Below, piece after piece: positions 40,642 through 51,180 of a stretch of DNA of 64,000 bases. Below the pieces are notes generated by a model. The model had not been told where the DNA came from, did not search any database, and was given only the letters and a program-made list of their open reading frames with translations. This DNA is from Spirochaetia bacterium (GTDB lineage Bacteria; Spirochaetota; Spirochaetia; CADAEX01). The DNA is taken from positions 1,655-65,654 of the forward strand of contig JAGCPA010000092.1 of the NCBI GenBank assembly GCA_017642445.1, in the 5' to 3' direction. Within the stretch, counting starts at the first letter, position 1, and each line of letters opens with the position of its first letter. Position numbers and translations under genes: made by a program.

Positions 40642-42024
40642 ATGTCTAATACTGTACAATCCATATTAAAAAGTTGGTGCATAAACGAAAGTTCACTTAA
40701 TCCTACTGCAGAACTTCTTGCATGGATAAAAGAAAGAAATAACAATATATATGTAAATATAGAAAAAAAACCTCTTAAATCAATGAGTAATTGGTTTTAT
40801 GATGAAGCAACTGGAAAAATTTGTAATAAGAATAATAGTTTCTTCTCTATTTCTGGTATTCATTGTGAAAAAGAAGATGGTTCGGAGTGGGATCAGCCAA
40901 TAATTTTACAAAATGAAATTGGGTATCTTGGAATTATTTGCAAAAATTTTGACGGAATAATGCATTTTTTAATGCAGGCAAAAATTGAACCAGGAAATGT
41001 TAATAAGGTTCAAATTTCTCCAACAATACAAGCCACTAAAAGTAATTTTACACTGAAGCATGGAGGAGCAAAGCCACTTTACTTAGATTATTTTCAGGCT
41101 AGCTCAAAATATGAAATTATAGTTGATCAGATTCAATCAGAACAAGCATCTTGTTTTTATAAGAAACGAAATCGGAATATTATTATTCGTGTAGAAGGCG
41201 ATATTCCTGTTTACCCCTCTCATCGCTGGATGACATTGGGACAAATAAAAGCATTAATGCATATAGATAATCTTGTTAATATGGATACCCGAACAGTTTT
41301 ATCATGCATACCTTTTTGCAATTTAAATTTGTCATGTGATATTTCGGATATTAATAAAAGGATTAAAAACAAAACTCTTTTTCAGTCAATAATTGGATAC
41401 AGAGATAATAATGTTGAAAAAGCATATAATTATATAAATAATATTAAAATGTCAGGTGGTATTAAATCTGAACTTATTCCGCTTTCTATGATGAAAGACT
41501 GGGAGCTAAAAACCAATGAATTGGTGAATAATAATCCATGGCCATTTAAAGTTATTTTTTGTGATGTAACTATAGAGGGCCGAGAAGTAAAAAATTGGAA
41601 TCAGCCGTTTTTTGAGGCAACTGGAAGTTCGTTATTTGGTTTGTTGTGTGTAGAAGATAATGGTGTATTGAAATTTTTAGTTAAAGCTACAGTTGAAGTA
41701 GGATGTTTTGATTGTGTAGAACTTGGTCCTACCGTGAGATATATTGCATTTTCTTCAGAAAAAAAGAATGAAATTGACTTATTATTTGATAACCTAGTTA
41801 AAAATAGAGATTCTGTTATGTTTGATAATTATCTTTCTGAAGAGGGGGGGCGTTTTTATCATGAATGTAATCGCAATGTTATCGTTCGTATAAAAAAACA
41901 GGATTTGCCCATACTGCCTGATGGATATTTCCTTTTTGACTATAAAACATTAAATTCTTTAGTGCAGATAAATAATACACTGAATATACAATTACGAAAT
42001 CTTCTTTCATTATTGGAGGTGTAA
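40642..42024 (+). CDS. NDP-hexose 2,3-dehydratase
   Basis: WDQPII, QAKIEPGN, SPTIQAT, QSEQ, LSEEGGRF; two-domain repeat. Confidence 0.9.
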   Translation: MSNTVQSILKSWCINESSLNPTAELLAWIKERNNNIYVNIEKKPLKSMSNWFYDEATGKICNKNNSFFSISGIHCEKEDGSEWDQPIILQNEIGYLGIICKNFDGIMHFLMQAKIEPGNVNKVQISPTIQATKSNFTLKHGGAKPLYLDYFQASSKYEIIVDQIQSEQASCFYKKRNRNIIIRVEGDIPVYPSHRWMTLGQIKALMHIDNLVNMDTRTVLSCIPFCNLNLSCDISDINKRIKNKTLFQSIIGYRDNNVEKAYNYINNIKMSGGIKSELIPLSMMKDWELKTNELVNNNPWPFKVIFCDVTIEGREVKNWNQPFFEATGSSLFGLLCVEDNGVLKFLVKATVEVGCFDCVELGPTVRYIAFSSEKKNEIDLLFDNLVKNRDSVMFDNYLSEEGGRFYHECNRNVIVRIKKQDLPILPDGYFLFDYKTLNSLVQINNTLNIQLRNLLSLLEV

Positions 42025-42034
42025 TATAAAGACT

Positions 42035-43009
42035 ATGAAAATTGGATTAATAGGTGCTTCTGATATAGCATTTAGAAGATTTTTACCAGCATTAAAGAAA
42101 TGTACAGAAATTGAATATATAGGTGTGGCCTCGAGAAGTTTAGGAAAATCTGATAAATTTAAAGAAACATTTGGCGGGAAAATATATTCTTCTTATGAAT
42201 CTTTACTTAATGATAATAATGTTGATGCTGTTTATGTTTCTTTGCCGCCGGCATTACATTTTGAGTGGGGGAAAAAGGTTTTGCTTTCTGGTAAGCATTT
42301 GCTTATGGAAAAACCTTTTACAATTTCTTTTTCCCAAACAAAAGAGTTATTAGAAATTGCAAAAAATAATAACTTGGCTGTTCATGAAAATTATATGTTT
42401 TTATACCATAACCAGATGAAAAAAATAAAAGAAATAATCAATAATGGAGATCTTGGAGAATTAAGATTAATCAGGATGGCTTTTGGTTTTCCAAAACGTG
42501 CAGAAGGAGATTTTAGATATAATAAAGCCCTGGGAGGTGGTGCACTCTTTGACTGTGGCGGTTATCCTGTGCGACTTGCTTTAGATTTACTTGGAGAAGA
42601 TATACGAGCGACACAAGCTCGATTAATTCAACCACATAATTATAGTATTGATTTATATGGAAATGCTGTATTAGAAAGTAATAATGGGCTTTGTGCTCAA
42701 ATAACCTTTGGAATGGATAACAGTTATAAATGTGAACTTGAAATTTGGGGAAGCAAGGCAAATCTTTTTACAAATCGCATTTTTACCGCCCCGCCAGAGT
42801 TTGCTCCAAAGATTGAAATACAAGAAGCAAAAGGAGAAAGAGCATATAACTTGGATGCTGACAACAGTTTTATGAATTCAATTAGATTTTTTTTAGAATG
42901 CATCAAAGATAATTTGCTAAGAATAAAAGAAACATCACAAATTAAAAAACAAGCTGAATTAATAGAAAGTATTAATATTATTAATGCAAAAGGAGAAACC
43001 CAATGTTGA
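42035..43009 (+). CDS. Gfo/Idh/MocA oxidoreductase, probable NDP-hexose 3-ketoreductase
   Basis: GASDIAFRRFLPA, EKP, LGGGALFDCGGYP; follows the 2,3-dehydratase. Confidence 0.82.
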   Translation: MKIGLIGASDIAFRRFLPALKKCTEIEYIGVASRSLGKSDKFKETFGGKIYSSYESLLNDNNVDAVYVSLPPALHFEWGKKVLLSGKHLLMEKPFTISFSQTKELLEIAKNNNLAVHENYMFLYHNQMKKIKEIINNGDLGELRLIRMAFGFPKRAEGDFRYNKALGGGALFDCGGYPVRLALDLLGEDIRATQARLIQPHNYSIDLYGNAVLESNNGLCAQITFGMDNSYKCELEIWGSKANLFTNRIFTAPPEFAPKIEIQEAKGERAYNLDADNSFMNSIRFFLECIKDNLLRIKETSQIKKQAELIESINIINAKGETQC

Positions 43010-44136
43010 AAAAGATTGAAACACCAATTCCTATTATGAAACCATATCTTCCTCCAAAGGAAGCATTTATGAAGTATGCTGATTCAATATGGGAAACTAG
43101 ACATTTAACACACGGAGGACCACTCGTAAAAAAATTTTCTAATTTATTAAGCGAATATCTTAAAGTTGCTCATACTGTAGTATTTGCTAATGGTCATTTG
43201 GCCCTTGATTGTGCATTAAAAGCACTGGGAATAAAAGATGGAGAAGCGATAACTACTCCATATACATATATTTCTACATCAAATGCTTTATCAATGAATG
43301 GTTTAAAACCTGTATATTGTGATATAAAAGAAGAAGATTGTTCCATTGATGAAAATAAAATAGAAGCACTCATTACAGAAAAAACAAAGGTAATTGTTCC
43401 TGTGCATGTTTATGGATTCCCTTGTAAGTATAAAAAAATCCAAGAAATAGCGGATAAATATAATTTAAAAGTTGTTTATGATGCTGCTCATGCATTTGGT
43501 GTTGAGGTCGAAGGAAGAGGAATTGGATCTCTTGGAAATGCTTCAATGTTTTCTTTTCATGCGACCAAGGTTTTTCATACAGTAGAAGGTGGGGCAGTCA
43601 CAACAGAAGATGATTCTTTGGAGGAAAAGCTTATTGCCGCTAAAAATTTTGGTATGATAAATGCTGATGATGCCACAACAATTAGCTTTAATGCAAAAAT
43701 GACAGAAATTCACGCAGCCATGGGACTTGCTAATCTGGAAATTGTCGATTGGGAAATTTTGCAAAGAAAACAAATAATAGAACGATATATAGAAAATTTG
43801 AAAAATATTAATGGAATCCGTTTGTTCCACTGGGATAAAAAAGATGTTAAATATAACTATTCATATTTCCCTATTATTTTGGAAGAGAAAGTATTAGACA
43901 AAAATAGAGATTTTATCGCCGAGATATTAGCAACGAAATATAATATATTTACTAGAAGGTATTTTTACCCAATTTTAAGCGATATGTCTTGTTATAAAAA
44001 AACACATAATAGCAACCAGACTCCTATAGCAAAACATATTTCTGATCAAGTTTTGATGATGCCGTTATTTGTTGAAATGACCCCAAGTCAAATTGATTAT
44101 GTTTGCGATGCTATAAAAGAAATCTTAAATGGTTAA
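43003..44136 (+). CDS. DegT/DnrJ PLP aminotransferase (VioA-like sugar 4-aminotransferase)
   Basis: YDAAHAFG, SFHATK, EGGA, RRYFYP. Confidence 0.9.
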   Translation: MLKKIETPIPIMKPYLPPKEAFMKYADSIWETRHLTHGGPLVKKFSNLLSEYLKVAHTVVFANGHLALDCALKALGIKDGEAITTPYTYISTSNALSMNGLKPVYCDIKEEDCSIDENKIEALITEKTKVIVPVHVYGFPCKYKKIQEIADKYNLKVVYDAAHAFGVEVEGRGIGSLGNASMFSFHATKVFHTVEGGAVTTEDDSLEEKLIAAKNFGMINADDATTISFNAKMTEIHAAMGLANLEIVDWEILQRKQIIERYIENLKNINGIRLFHWDKKDVKYNYSYFPIILEEKVLDKNRDFIAEILATKYNIFTRRYFYPILSDMSCYKKTHNSNQTPIAKHISDQVLMMPLFVEMTPSQIDYVCDAIKEILNG

Positions 44137-45268
44137 ACCAAGTTTATTTTTTATTAAGCTGAAAAAGAAAATTAAGAATTCTCTCAAACCATATAGTTTT
44201 GAAGTAAGGAAAGCTATTTATATACAAAACCATTACAATTTAGATGCTTTAAAAAAAACAAAAAAAATTATAATTTTTCTTGTTCCAGCATCTACTTATG
44301 TAAATGGTGGAATTATGTCAATTTTTTCACTATGCCGATATTCAAGGTTAATAGCAAAAGATTATGTTTGTTTAATATCAACAGTACCAGGAAAAATTAC
44401 TTATGCATACAATAATATGTTTAAAAATAATGAAAAAGTTTTTAGATGGAAACAGATAATAGAAATATCTGATAGTTTGACAAATCTAATTATTCATATT
44501 CCTGAATATTATGCTAAAAAATTTTATAAAGATTTAGACAAATTAGACATTGATGTTTTAAAAAAAATACCAGAACTGCAAATCAATATAATGAATCAAA
44601 ATGTTGAATTGATGCCTAACCCTCAGGCGTTATCAGATTTATACAAACTTACAGATAATATTACACAGACTATATCAAATAATAAATATGTAAATCAAAG
44701 TATATCTGATAAGTGGAAAATTCCAACACATTATTTGCCAGTCTGGTTACCAACAGATCATTATAAAAAATATGATTTTGATGAAAAAGAAAAAATTATT
44801 GTTCTTTCTCATGATAAAAATATATATAAAAATAACATAATTAATATTTTAAAAATAAATTTACCCGATTGGAAAATAATTACTGTTAGAAATCTATCTT
44901 TTGATGAGTATATGGATTTAATTGCAAAAGCTTTTTTTACAATTTCCTTTGGGGAAGGTTTTGATTCATATTTTATACAACCAATAAGTGTAAGAAGTAT
45001 GGGGCTTACTGTATATAATGATGAATTTTTCCCAGATAAAAGTTGGCGCGAACTGGGGAATGTTTTTCTTTCTTACCATGAAATGCAAGAAAGAATTGTT
45101 TCAAAAATAATATATTTTTTTAATAATAAAAAAATATATTATGATACTATAAATATTATATTTGAAAAAATAAAAACGAAAAAAATTTATAATTATGATA
45201 TCTATATTGAAAGTCTAAAAAATTTCTACAATAAAAAATATGACTTTTCCCCATCATTTCAAAGTTAA
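44129..45268 (+). CDS. Putative GT-B-like glycosyltransferase of unassigned family
   Basis: NGGIMSIF, HIPEY, FGEGFD; paralog of the next gene's N-terminal domain. Confidence 0.55.
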   Translation: MVKPSLFFIKLKKKIKNSLKPYSFEVRKAIYIQNHYNLDALKKTKKIIIFLVPASTYVNGGIMSIFSLCRYSRLIAKDYVCLISTVPGKITYAYNNMFKNNEKVFRWKQIIEISDSLTNLIIHIPEYYAKKFYKDLDKLDIDVLKKIPELQINIMNQNVELMPNPQALSDLYKLTDNITQTISNNKYVNQSISDKWKIPTHYLPVWLPTDHYKKYDFDEKEKIIVLSHDKNIYKNNIINILKINLPDWKIITVRNLSFDEYMDLIAKAFFTISFGEGFDSYFIQPISVRSMGLTVYNDEFFPDKSWRELGNVFLSYHEMQERIVSKIIYFFNNKKIYYDTINIIFEKIKTKKIYNYDIYIESLKNFYNKKYDFSPSFQS

Positions 45269-45297
45269 TTGTTTTTATCAATCGAAGATGATATAAT
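45269..45297 (+). promoter_or_regulatory. Internal sigma70 promoter
   Basis: TTGTTT-17 nt-TATAAT with extended TG. Confidence 0.6.
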
Positions 45298-45325
45298 CAA
45301 ATAGAATAAAAGGAAAGGAAAGAAG

Positions 45326-47230
45326 ATGAACCATATTAATATTAGTGAAAAAATTATATTGTCATTAAATGCTTTTTATAAGAAAAATCATAAAAAGCAT
45401 AAAATTATTCATTCATTATTTCATCTTTTCCCTTTCAAAAACCGAATAAGAAAATATCGTAATGCAAGTTTACAGAAACAAGCTAAAAAAATTAGAGAAG
45501 AAGAAAATCAGAAGAGCATACTTTATCAAGATCAATATGATTTATCGTTTGCAAAGAAAGCGAAGAAAGTTGTTATATTTATAGAAATAGAACCATATCC
45601 TATGTGTGGTGGACAAATGAATTTATTTTCTTGTTGTAAATATTCACAACAAGTTTTAGGTGGTGATATACCAGTTTTAATGACAACAATGCCAGGTGAT
45701 AACACCTATCATCATAATAACTATTTTATAAACAACATAGATATTTGCAGGTGGTCACAAATAATAGATATTTTGGCAAATAAAGAAGAGGCAATTATAC
45801 ACATTCCAGAAGTTGACATTTTAAATCCCGAGACGGGCGAAGAAATGTTAAGGAGACGGTTGACAGTAGAAGATATAAAAGTACTAAAAAAAATTAATAA
45901 TCTTAGAATTAATATTTTTGTTCAAGAAATTAATAAAATGCCTCCAAAAGAAAAATATAAATATTTATTTGATATAACTAATAATATTTCAATGACAACA
46001 GCTCACCCTGGATATTCAACACAGGATTGTTCAACTAAATTTAACCTGCCATTAAAAAGACTTTCATGTTTTATTGACCTAACCCCTTATGAAAAGTTTG
46101 CAAAAAACAAAATTGAAAAGATAATAATTTTATCTCCAGATTATAATAATCCTTATCGCCAGTATATTGCACAAAAACTTAGAGAAAAGCTTGAAGGGTG
46201 GGAGATAATTGATTTTTACAGAATGACTTTTACCGAATGTATGGAATTAACTAGCCGATCTTTTGCAACAATTACTTTTGGGGAGGGGCTTGATGGTTAT
46301 TTTATTCACCCCATTGGCGTAAAACGTCTTGGATTTGCTGTATACAATGAACAGTTTTTCCCAGATAGCTCATGGAAAAAACTATTTTGTTGCTATTCAT
46401 CATGGGAAGAAATGGATGAAAAAATAGTAGATGATATAATCTTTTTATATAATAATCCTAAGAAATATGAAGAAGCCGTTGAGGAATTAACTAAAAAAAC
46501 AAAGAATGAATATGTTTTTGATGAATATATAAAATTTTTATCAGATTTTTATAAAAATAAGTTTGATTTTTATCCACATAAATTTGTTTATATTGTTGGT
46601 GGAAATGGTTTTGCACGTGAATGTTATATTCACTTAAATGAAATTATGGAAGAAAACCCTGAAATTAGCTTTGGTGGTTTTTTGGGGCACGGGGGATATG
46701 GTAAAACGGTTGATTATAAGGATTTTCAGATTTTTTATAAAGGAGAGGTCTCTGAGCATAAGTTCTTGGACAATGAATATGTTGTGATTGGTGCAGGATA
46801 TCCTAAATTAAGAAAACAGATTTATAATGACTTGAAAAAGATGAATTGTAAGTTTTATACATTGGTGTCTGGTTCAAAGACGATAAATAAATTTGTTGAT
46901 ATAGGCGAAGGAAATATATTTAATCATAGCTTCCCATCCCCAAATGTAAAGATTGGAAATGGAAATGTTTTTAATTATGAAGTAATTATTGCGCATGATG
47001 TTGAAATTGGGGATTTTAATTTTTTTGGTCCACGCAGTCAGATTTTAGGCGATGTTAAAATCGGAAACTCAAACACAGTTGGCGCAAATACCATTTTTTT
47101 ACCACATTCTAAAGTGGGCAATAGCAATTCTATTGCACCGTTATCCTGTATATATAAAGGTTGCAAAAATAATTGTTACATTCAAGGAAACCCTGCATTA
47201 AAAATAGGAGATATTCAAAGTGAAATGTAA
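45326..47230 (+). CDS. Fusion of putative glycosyltransferase and NeuD/PglD-like hexapeptide acyltransferase
   Basis: N-terminal part parallels the previous gene (CGGQMNLF, HIPEV, FGEGLD); C-terminal IVGGNGFARE, IAHDVEIG, hexapeptide repeats, GNPA. Confidence 0.72.
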   Translation: MNHINISEKIILSLNAFYKKNHKKHKIIHSLFHLFPFKNRIRKYRNASLQKQAKKIREEENQKSILYQDQYDLSFAKKAKKVVIFIEIEPYPMCGGQMNLFSCCKYSQQVLGGDIPVLMTTMPGDNTYHHNNYFINNIDICRWSQIIDILANKEEAIIHIPEVDILNPETGEEMLRRRLTVEDIKVLKKINNLRINIFVQEINKMPPKEKYKYLFDITNNISMTTAHPGYSTQDCSTKFNLPLKRLSCFIDLTPYEKFAKNKIEKIIILSPDYNNPYRQYIAQKLREKLEGWEIIDFYRMTFTECMELTSRSFATITFGEGLDGYFIHPIGVKRLGFAVYNEQFFPDSSWKKLFCCYSSWEEMDEKIVDDIIFLYNNPKKYEEAVEELTKKTKNEYVFDEYIKFLSDFYKNKFDFYPHKFVYIVGGNGFARECYIHLNEIMEENPEISFGGFLGHGGYGKTVDYKDFQIFYKGEVSEHKFLDNEYVVIGAGYPKLRKQIYNDLKKMNCKFYTLVSGSKTINKFVDIGEGNIFNHSFPSPNVKIGNGNVFNYEVIIAHDVEIGDFNFFGPRSQILGDVKIGNSNTVGANTIFLPHSKVGNSNSIAPLSCIYKGCKNNCYIQGNPALKIGDIQSEM

Positions 47231-48341
47231 TTTTAATCATGTCAAGATCAAAGGAATAAAGACGGTTATTCCAGAACATTATATTGATATTGCCGATGAA
47301 TTACAATATTTTGAAAACAATCCAAAAAAATTAGCTCGTGCTCAAAAAATGATAGGTTATGGTCGCCGTTATATTGCAGATGAGATGACAACAGTGACTG
47401 ATTTGGCAGTTGATGCAGCGGAAAAGCTTCTAAGAGAGATGAATATTAATCGAGAGGATATTGATTTATTGATATTTGTTAATCAGAAACCTGATTTTAA
47501 GGAACCAAATGATGCCTGTGTGGCTCATGGGAAATTGAATTTAAAGAAAACATGCTTCGCGCTGGATATTAATTCAGGGTGCACTGGATATATTCAAGGA
47601 TTGATTACTGCTCATGCTCTAATGTCTACAGAAGCCTTTGATACATGCCTACTCCTGGCTGGTGATTTATGTGGCAGAATGAATGATCAGAAAAATAGGA
47701 AAACAGCACCAGTCTTTGGAGATGCAGCATCAGCGACAATTTTGAAATATTCAGCTGATGAAATAAAATCTGCATTTGTAATGGGAACAGATGGTAAAGG
47801 ATATGATAAAATTATATATCCATTTGGCGGTACACACTTGCCATTTGATAAAGAATCTTTTGATATGACTGTTTTTGATGAGCAAGGAAATTATTGGAAT
47901 AATAAATATGGTATAATGAAAGGCGAAGATGTCTTCAAATTTACGATGGATGTTGCACCGCAATTGATTATTGATACAATGAAAGTGGCAAATTGGACAG
48001 CATCTGATGTAGATTTATTTGCTATCCATCAGGCCAACAAACAAATTATTGAAAATATTGTTGCTAAGGCGGGTATTCCTGTAGAAAAAGCTCCTGCTGA
48101 TGTTTTTTCAAAATATGCAAATAATTCAACAAATTCAGTTGTAACTGTTTTATCAGATCAAACAAAGACTTTAAATAAAGTAATTTTATGTGCTTTTGGC
48201 GTTGGACTGACTTGGGGAGGGGCAGCACTGGATTTGTCAGGGTGTTATAATGGAGGTATTTCAACGTTTATTCCTCCCAACGACAAACTGACAAAAGAAG
48301 AGCAAATTAACTATTGGATCAAATATTTTAAAGGAGAATAA
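47220..48341 (+). CDS. FabH-like ketoacyl-ACP synthase III (paralog 1)
   Basis: GCTG Cys, FGDAA, HQAN, N triad, FGVGLTW. Confidence 0.9.
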   Translation: MKCNFNHVKIKGIKTVIPEHYIDIADELQYFENNPKKLARAQKMIGYGRRYIADEMTTVTDLAVDAAEKLLREMNINREDIDLLIFVNQKPDFKEPNDACVAHGKLNLKKTCFALDINSGCTGYIQGLITAHALMSTEAFDTCLLLAGDLCGRMNDQKNRKTAPVFGDAASATILKYSADEIKSAFVMGTDGKGYDKIIYPFGGTHLPFDKESFDMTVFDEQGNYWNNKYGIMKGEDVFKFTMDVAPQLIIDTMKVANWTASDVDLFAIHQANKQIIENIVAKAGIPVEKAPADVFSKYANNSTNSVVTVLSDQTKTLNKVILCAFGVGLTWGGAALDLSGCYNGGISTFIPPNDKLTKEEQINYWIKYFKGE

Positions 48342-48342
48342 A

Positions 48343-48561
48343 ATGACTAGAGATGAATTTTTAAATGAAATGGTAGAAGTACTACAGACAGAAGATGATA
48401 TTTCGTTTGATACAGTTTTAGCTGATTTGGACGAGTGGGACTCTTTGTCTGTTATGGCAACAATGGCCTTTTTGGATAAATCTTTCGGAGTTAAGACTGA
48501 GATGAAAGATTATAAAATGATGAAAACAATTGGAGATATTGCAGCCAAGGCAGGATTATAA
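48343..48561 (+). CDS. Acyl carrier protein
   Basis: Acidic 72 aa, WDSL phosphopantetheine serine. Confidence 0.88.
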   Translation: MTRDEFLNEMVEVLQTEDDISFDTVLADLDEWDSLSVMATMAFLDKSFGVKTEMKDYKMMKTIGDIAAKAGL

Positions 48562-48564
48562 AAT

Positions 48565-49299
48565 ATGATTTCTTTTTATAGAGAACAGGGGTTTATTGTT
48601 ACAGGTGCATCTTCTGGGATAGGTGAAGGTGTGGCTTTGTTGCTAAATGAACTTGGGGCGACGGTTGTAGCGATTGCTAGACGTGAAGATAAACTCAATG
48701 AAATGAAATTAAAAGCCAAAAATCCTGAAAATATCTTTATTGAAGTTAAAGATTTGACAGAAGATATCGAGGGGCTGCCTCTTTATGTTAAAACTTTAAG
48801 GGCAAAATATGGCAAGTTTCAGGGAATGGCTTATTGTGCTGGTTTAGGTGGAATCCATCCATTGCGTTCCGTTGATATGGAAACAATGCAAAAAATATTT
48901 GCAATCAATTATTTTGCACCAGTTTTTATGGCTAAGGGTTTTGCTGATAAAAGAAACAATACAGGGCAAAGAAGTTCGATGGTATTTATAGCATCTGGAG
49001 GAGGTATTCATTGTGATCCAGGGATGACTTGTTATTCTGGTTCTAAGGGAGCATTGATTGCTACAATGCAATCAATTGCCAGAGAAATTGCACCGACTGG
49101 TGTTCGTGTTAATTGTGTATCACCATCATTAATTGAAACAAGTATGGCTGGTGAAATAGAACGCCAATATGCAGAAGGGAAATATCCTTTTGGACTAGGG
49201 AAGGTTTCTGATGTTGCCAATATGATTGTTTATTTGCTCTCTGAGCAATCTAAATGGATTACGGCACAAAACTACATTATTGATTGTGGAGCAATGTAA
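48565..49299 (+). CDS. SDR ketoreductase (FabG-like)
   Basis: TGASSGIG, YSGSK, RVNCVSP. Confidence 0.88.
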   Translation: MISFYREQGFIVTGASSGIGEGVALLLNELGATVVAIARREDKLNEMKLKAKNPENIFIEVKDLTEDIEGLPLYVKTLRAKYGKFQGMAYCAGLGGIHPLRSVDMETMQKIFAINYFAPVFMAKGFADKRNNTGQRSSMVFIASGGGIHCDPGMTCYSGSKGALIATMQSIAREIAPTGVRVNCVSPSLIETSMAGEIERQYAEGKYPFGLGKVSDVANMIVYLLSEQSKWITAQNYIIDCGAM

Positions 49300-49301
49300 A
49301 A

Positions 49302-50444
49302 ATGTCAAAGTCAACGTTCAACCATGTTAAAATCAGAGGTATTACATCTGTTGTTCCAGAAAAAGTTATTAATATTGATGATGAAATTGATTTTTTCAAC
49401 AATGATTTAAAGCTTCTTGAACGCAATAAAAAAATATTAGGCTTGGGCACAAGACATGTTACAGATGATTGCACAACCAACTGTGACTTGTGCGAAGCTG
49501 CTGCAAGGGATTTAATTGATGCTTTGGCCGTTGACAAAAGTACAGTTGATGCTTTGATTGTTGTATCCTCTTCACATGATTACCATTATCCTGCTGATGC
49601 ATGTATTTTACAAGGGCGGTTGGGCTTAAGCGAAGATTGTACTTGCTTTGATATTTCTGGTTTGGCATGTTCTGCTTATGTTCATGGATTGCTGCAGGCT
49701 CATGCTCTTATATCTACAGGTGTGGCAAAAAAAATATTGCTATTATCTGGCGATATTACCAGCACTCATTCTGATCGGCGCAACCGTAATTCAAATATGC
49801 TTTTTGGGGACGCTGGTACAGCAACACTTTTGGAATGGACGGACGAAGAAAATACCGCTTGGTTTTATACAGGGACTCGTGGAAAAGATTGGAATAAACT
49901 GATTGCTCCAGCCGGGGGGTATGCTTTGCCTATAAGGGGAGATATTGCTGATTTGGAAATAACAGATAATGTTGGCAATGTTTGGCGGATGTATGATGAT
50001 ATCATGAAAGGACTTGATGTGTTCAAGTTTACTACAGAAATTGGGCCCAAAGGCATAGCAAAAGTTATGGAAATGAGTGGCAAGTCGATAGATGATATTG
50101 ATTATTTCGCCTTTCATCAGGCGAATAAGCAAATTGTCAGAACGGTTGCAGGCTTTGCAAAACTGCCAAAAGACAAGTATTCCAGCGAAACATTCACACA
50201 GTATGGTAATTGTGGAGCAGCGGCAGTAACACTTGATATATGCCGTCATTTATCACAGCACAAAGTACAATCTCTTTGTTTGGCGACTTTTGGAGTTGGA
50301 TTGTCCTTTGGTTTTTCTTTATTAAAAACCCAAAATACTTATATTGGTAAAATTAAATTATATAGAACACCCACAGGGAAAATGAATCGTCAGGAAAAAA
50401 TAAAATATTGGATTTCTTACTTTAAAGAGGAAAACAATGCTTAA
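49302..50444 (+). CDS. FabH-like ketoacyl-ACP synthase III (paralog 2)
   Basis: LACSAY, FGDAG, HQAN, YGNCG, FGVGL. Confidence 0.9.
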   Translation: MSKSTFNHVKIRGITSVVPEKVINIDDEIDFFNNDLKLLERNKKILGLGTRHVTDDCTTNCDLCEAAARDLIDALAVDKSTVDALIVVSSSHDYHYPADACILQGRLGLSEDCTCFDISGLACSAYVHGLLQAHALISTGVAKKILLLSGDITSTHSDRRNRNSNMLFGDAGTATLLEWTDEENTAWFYTGTRGKDWNKLIAPAGGYALPIRGDIADLEITDNVGNVWRMYDDIMKGLDVFKFTTEIGPKGIAKVMEMSGKSIDDIDYFAFHQANKQIVRTVAGFAKLPKDKYSSETFTQYGNCGAAAVTLDICRHLSQHKVQSLCLATFGVGLSFGFSLLKTQNTYIGKIKLYRTPTGKMNRQEKIKYWISYFKEENNA

Positions 50445-51180
50445 TGGCAAAACAGCTTTAATAACAGGAACCAATAGGGGAATAGGTCATGCAATTTTAG
50501 AAAAATTTGCAGAAAATAAAGCAAACATTTTTGCCCATGCAAGAAAAGAAACCCCAGATTTTATAGAAAAGATAAGCAGGCTATCTGAAAAATATAATAT
50601 AACTATTACCCCCTTGTACTTTGATTTGTCTGACACCACAGCGTTAAAAGAAGAGATAAAAAATAAAATATTTAAAACAAACCAGAAAATAGATGTTTTA
50701 GTTAATACAGCAGGCATTGCCCACGGTGGGTTTTTTCAAATGACACCTATTTCAAAAATAAAAGAGGTCTTTGATATAAATTTATTTGCCCAGATGGAAA
50801 TAATTCAATTAATAATGAAAGTTATGATGAAAAACCAGAAAGGCAGTATTATCAACTTGGCTTCGGTTTTAGGTATTGATATAACAGCGGGCAGTTGTGC
50901 CTATGGGGTGTCAAAAGCCGCATTTATTGCTTTTACTAAAACACTTGCGGCTGAATATGCAAAATATAATATTAGAATTAATGCTGTTGCCCCTGGTTTA
51001 ATTGATACCGATATGGCAAAGTTAATGGAAGCAGGTGCAAAGGAGAGGTTGTTAAATCAGTCTGCTATGCATCGATTGGGAAAGCCGGATGAAGTGGCTG
51101 ATTTAGTTTTGTATTTGGCATCGGATAAATCTTCTTTTATCAATGGCCAGATAATAAGAGTTGATGGTGGAAAAGCATGA
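50437..51180 (+). CDS. SDR ketoreductase (FabG-like)
   Basis: TGTNRGIG, YGVSK, NAVAPG, VDGG. Confidence 0.9.
   Translation: MLNGKTALITGTNRGIGHAILEKFAENKANIFAHARKETPDFIEKISRLSEKYNITITPLYFDLSDTTALKEEIKNKIFKTNQKIDVLVNTAGIAHGGFFQMTPISKIKEVFDINLFAQMEIIQLIMKVMMKNQKGSIINLASVLGIDITAGSCAYGVSKAAFIAFTKTLAAEYAKYNIRINAVAPGLIDTDMAKLMEAGAKERLLNQSAMHRLGKPDEVADLVLYLASDKSSFINGQIIRVDGGKA

Noticed and set aside
41844-41850. G7 tract in the 2,3-dehydratase
   Set aside because: Short and explained by the conserved EEGGRF motif
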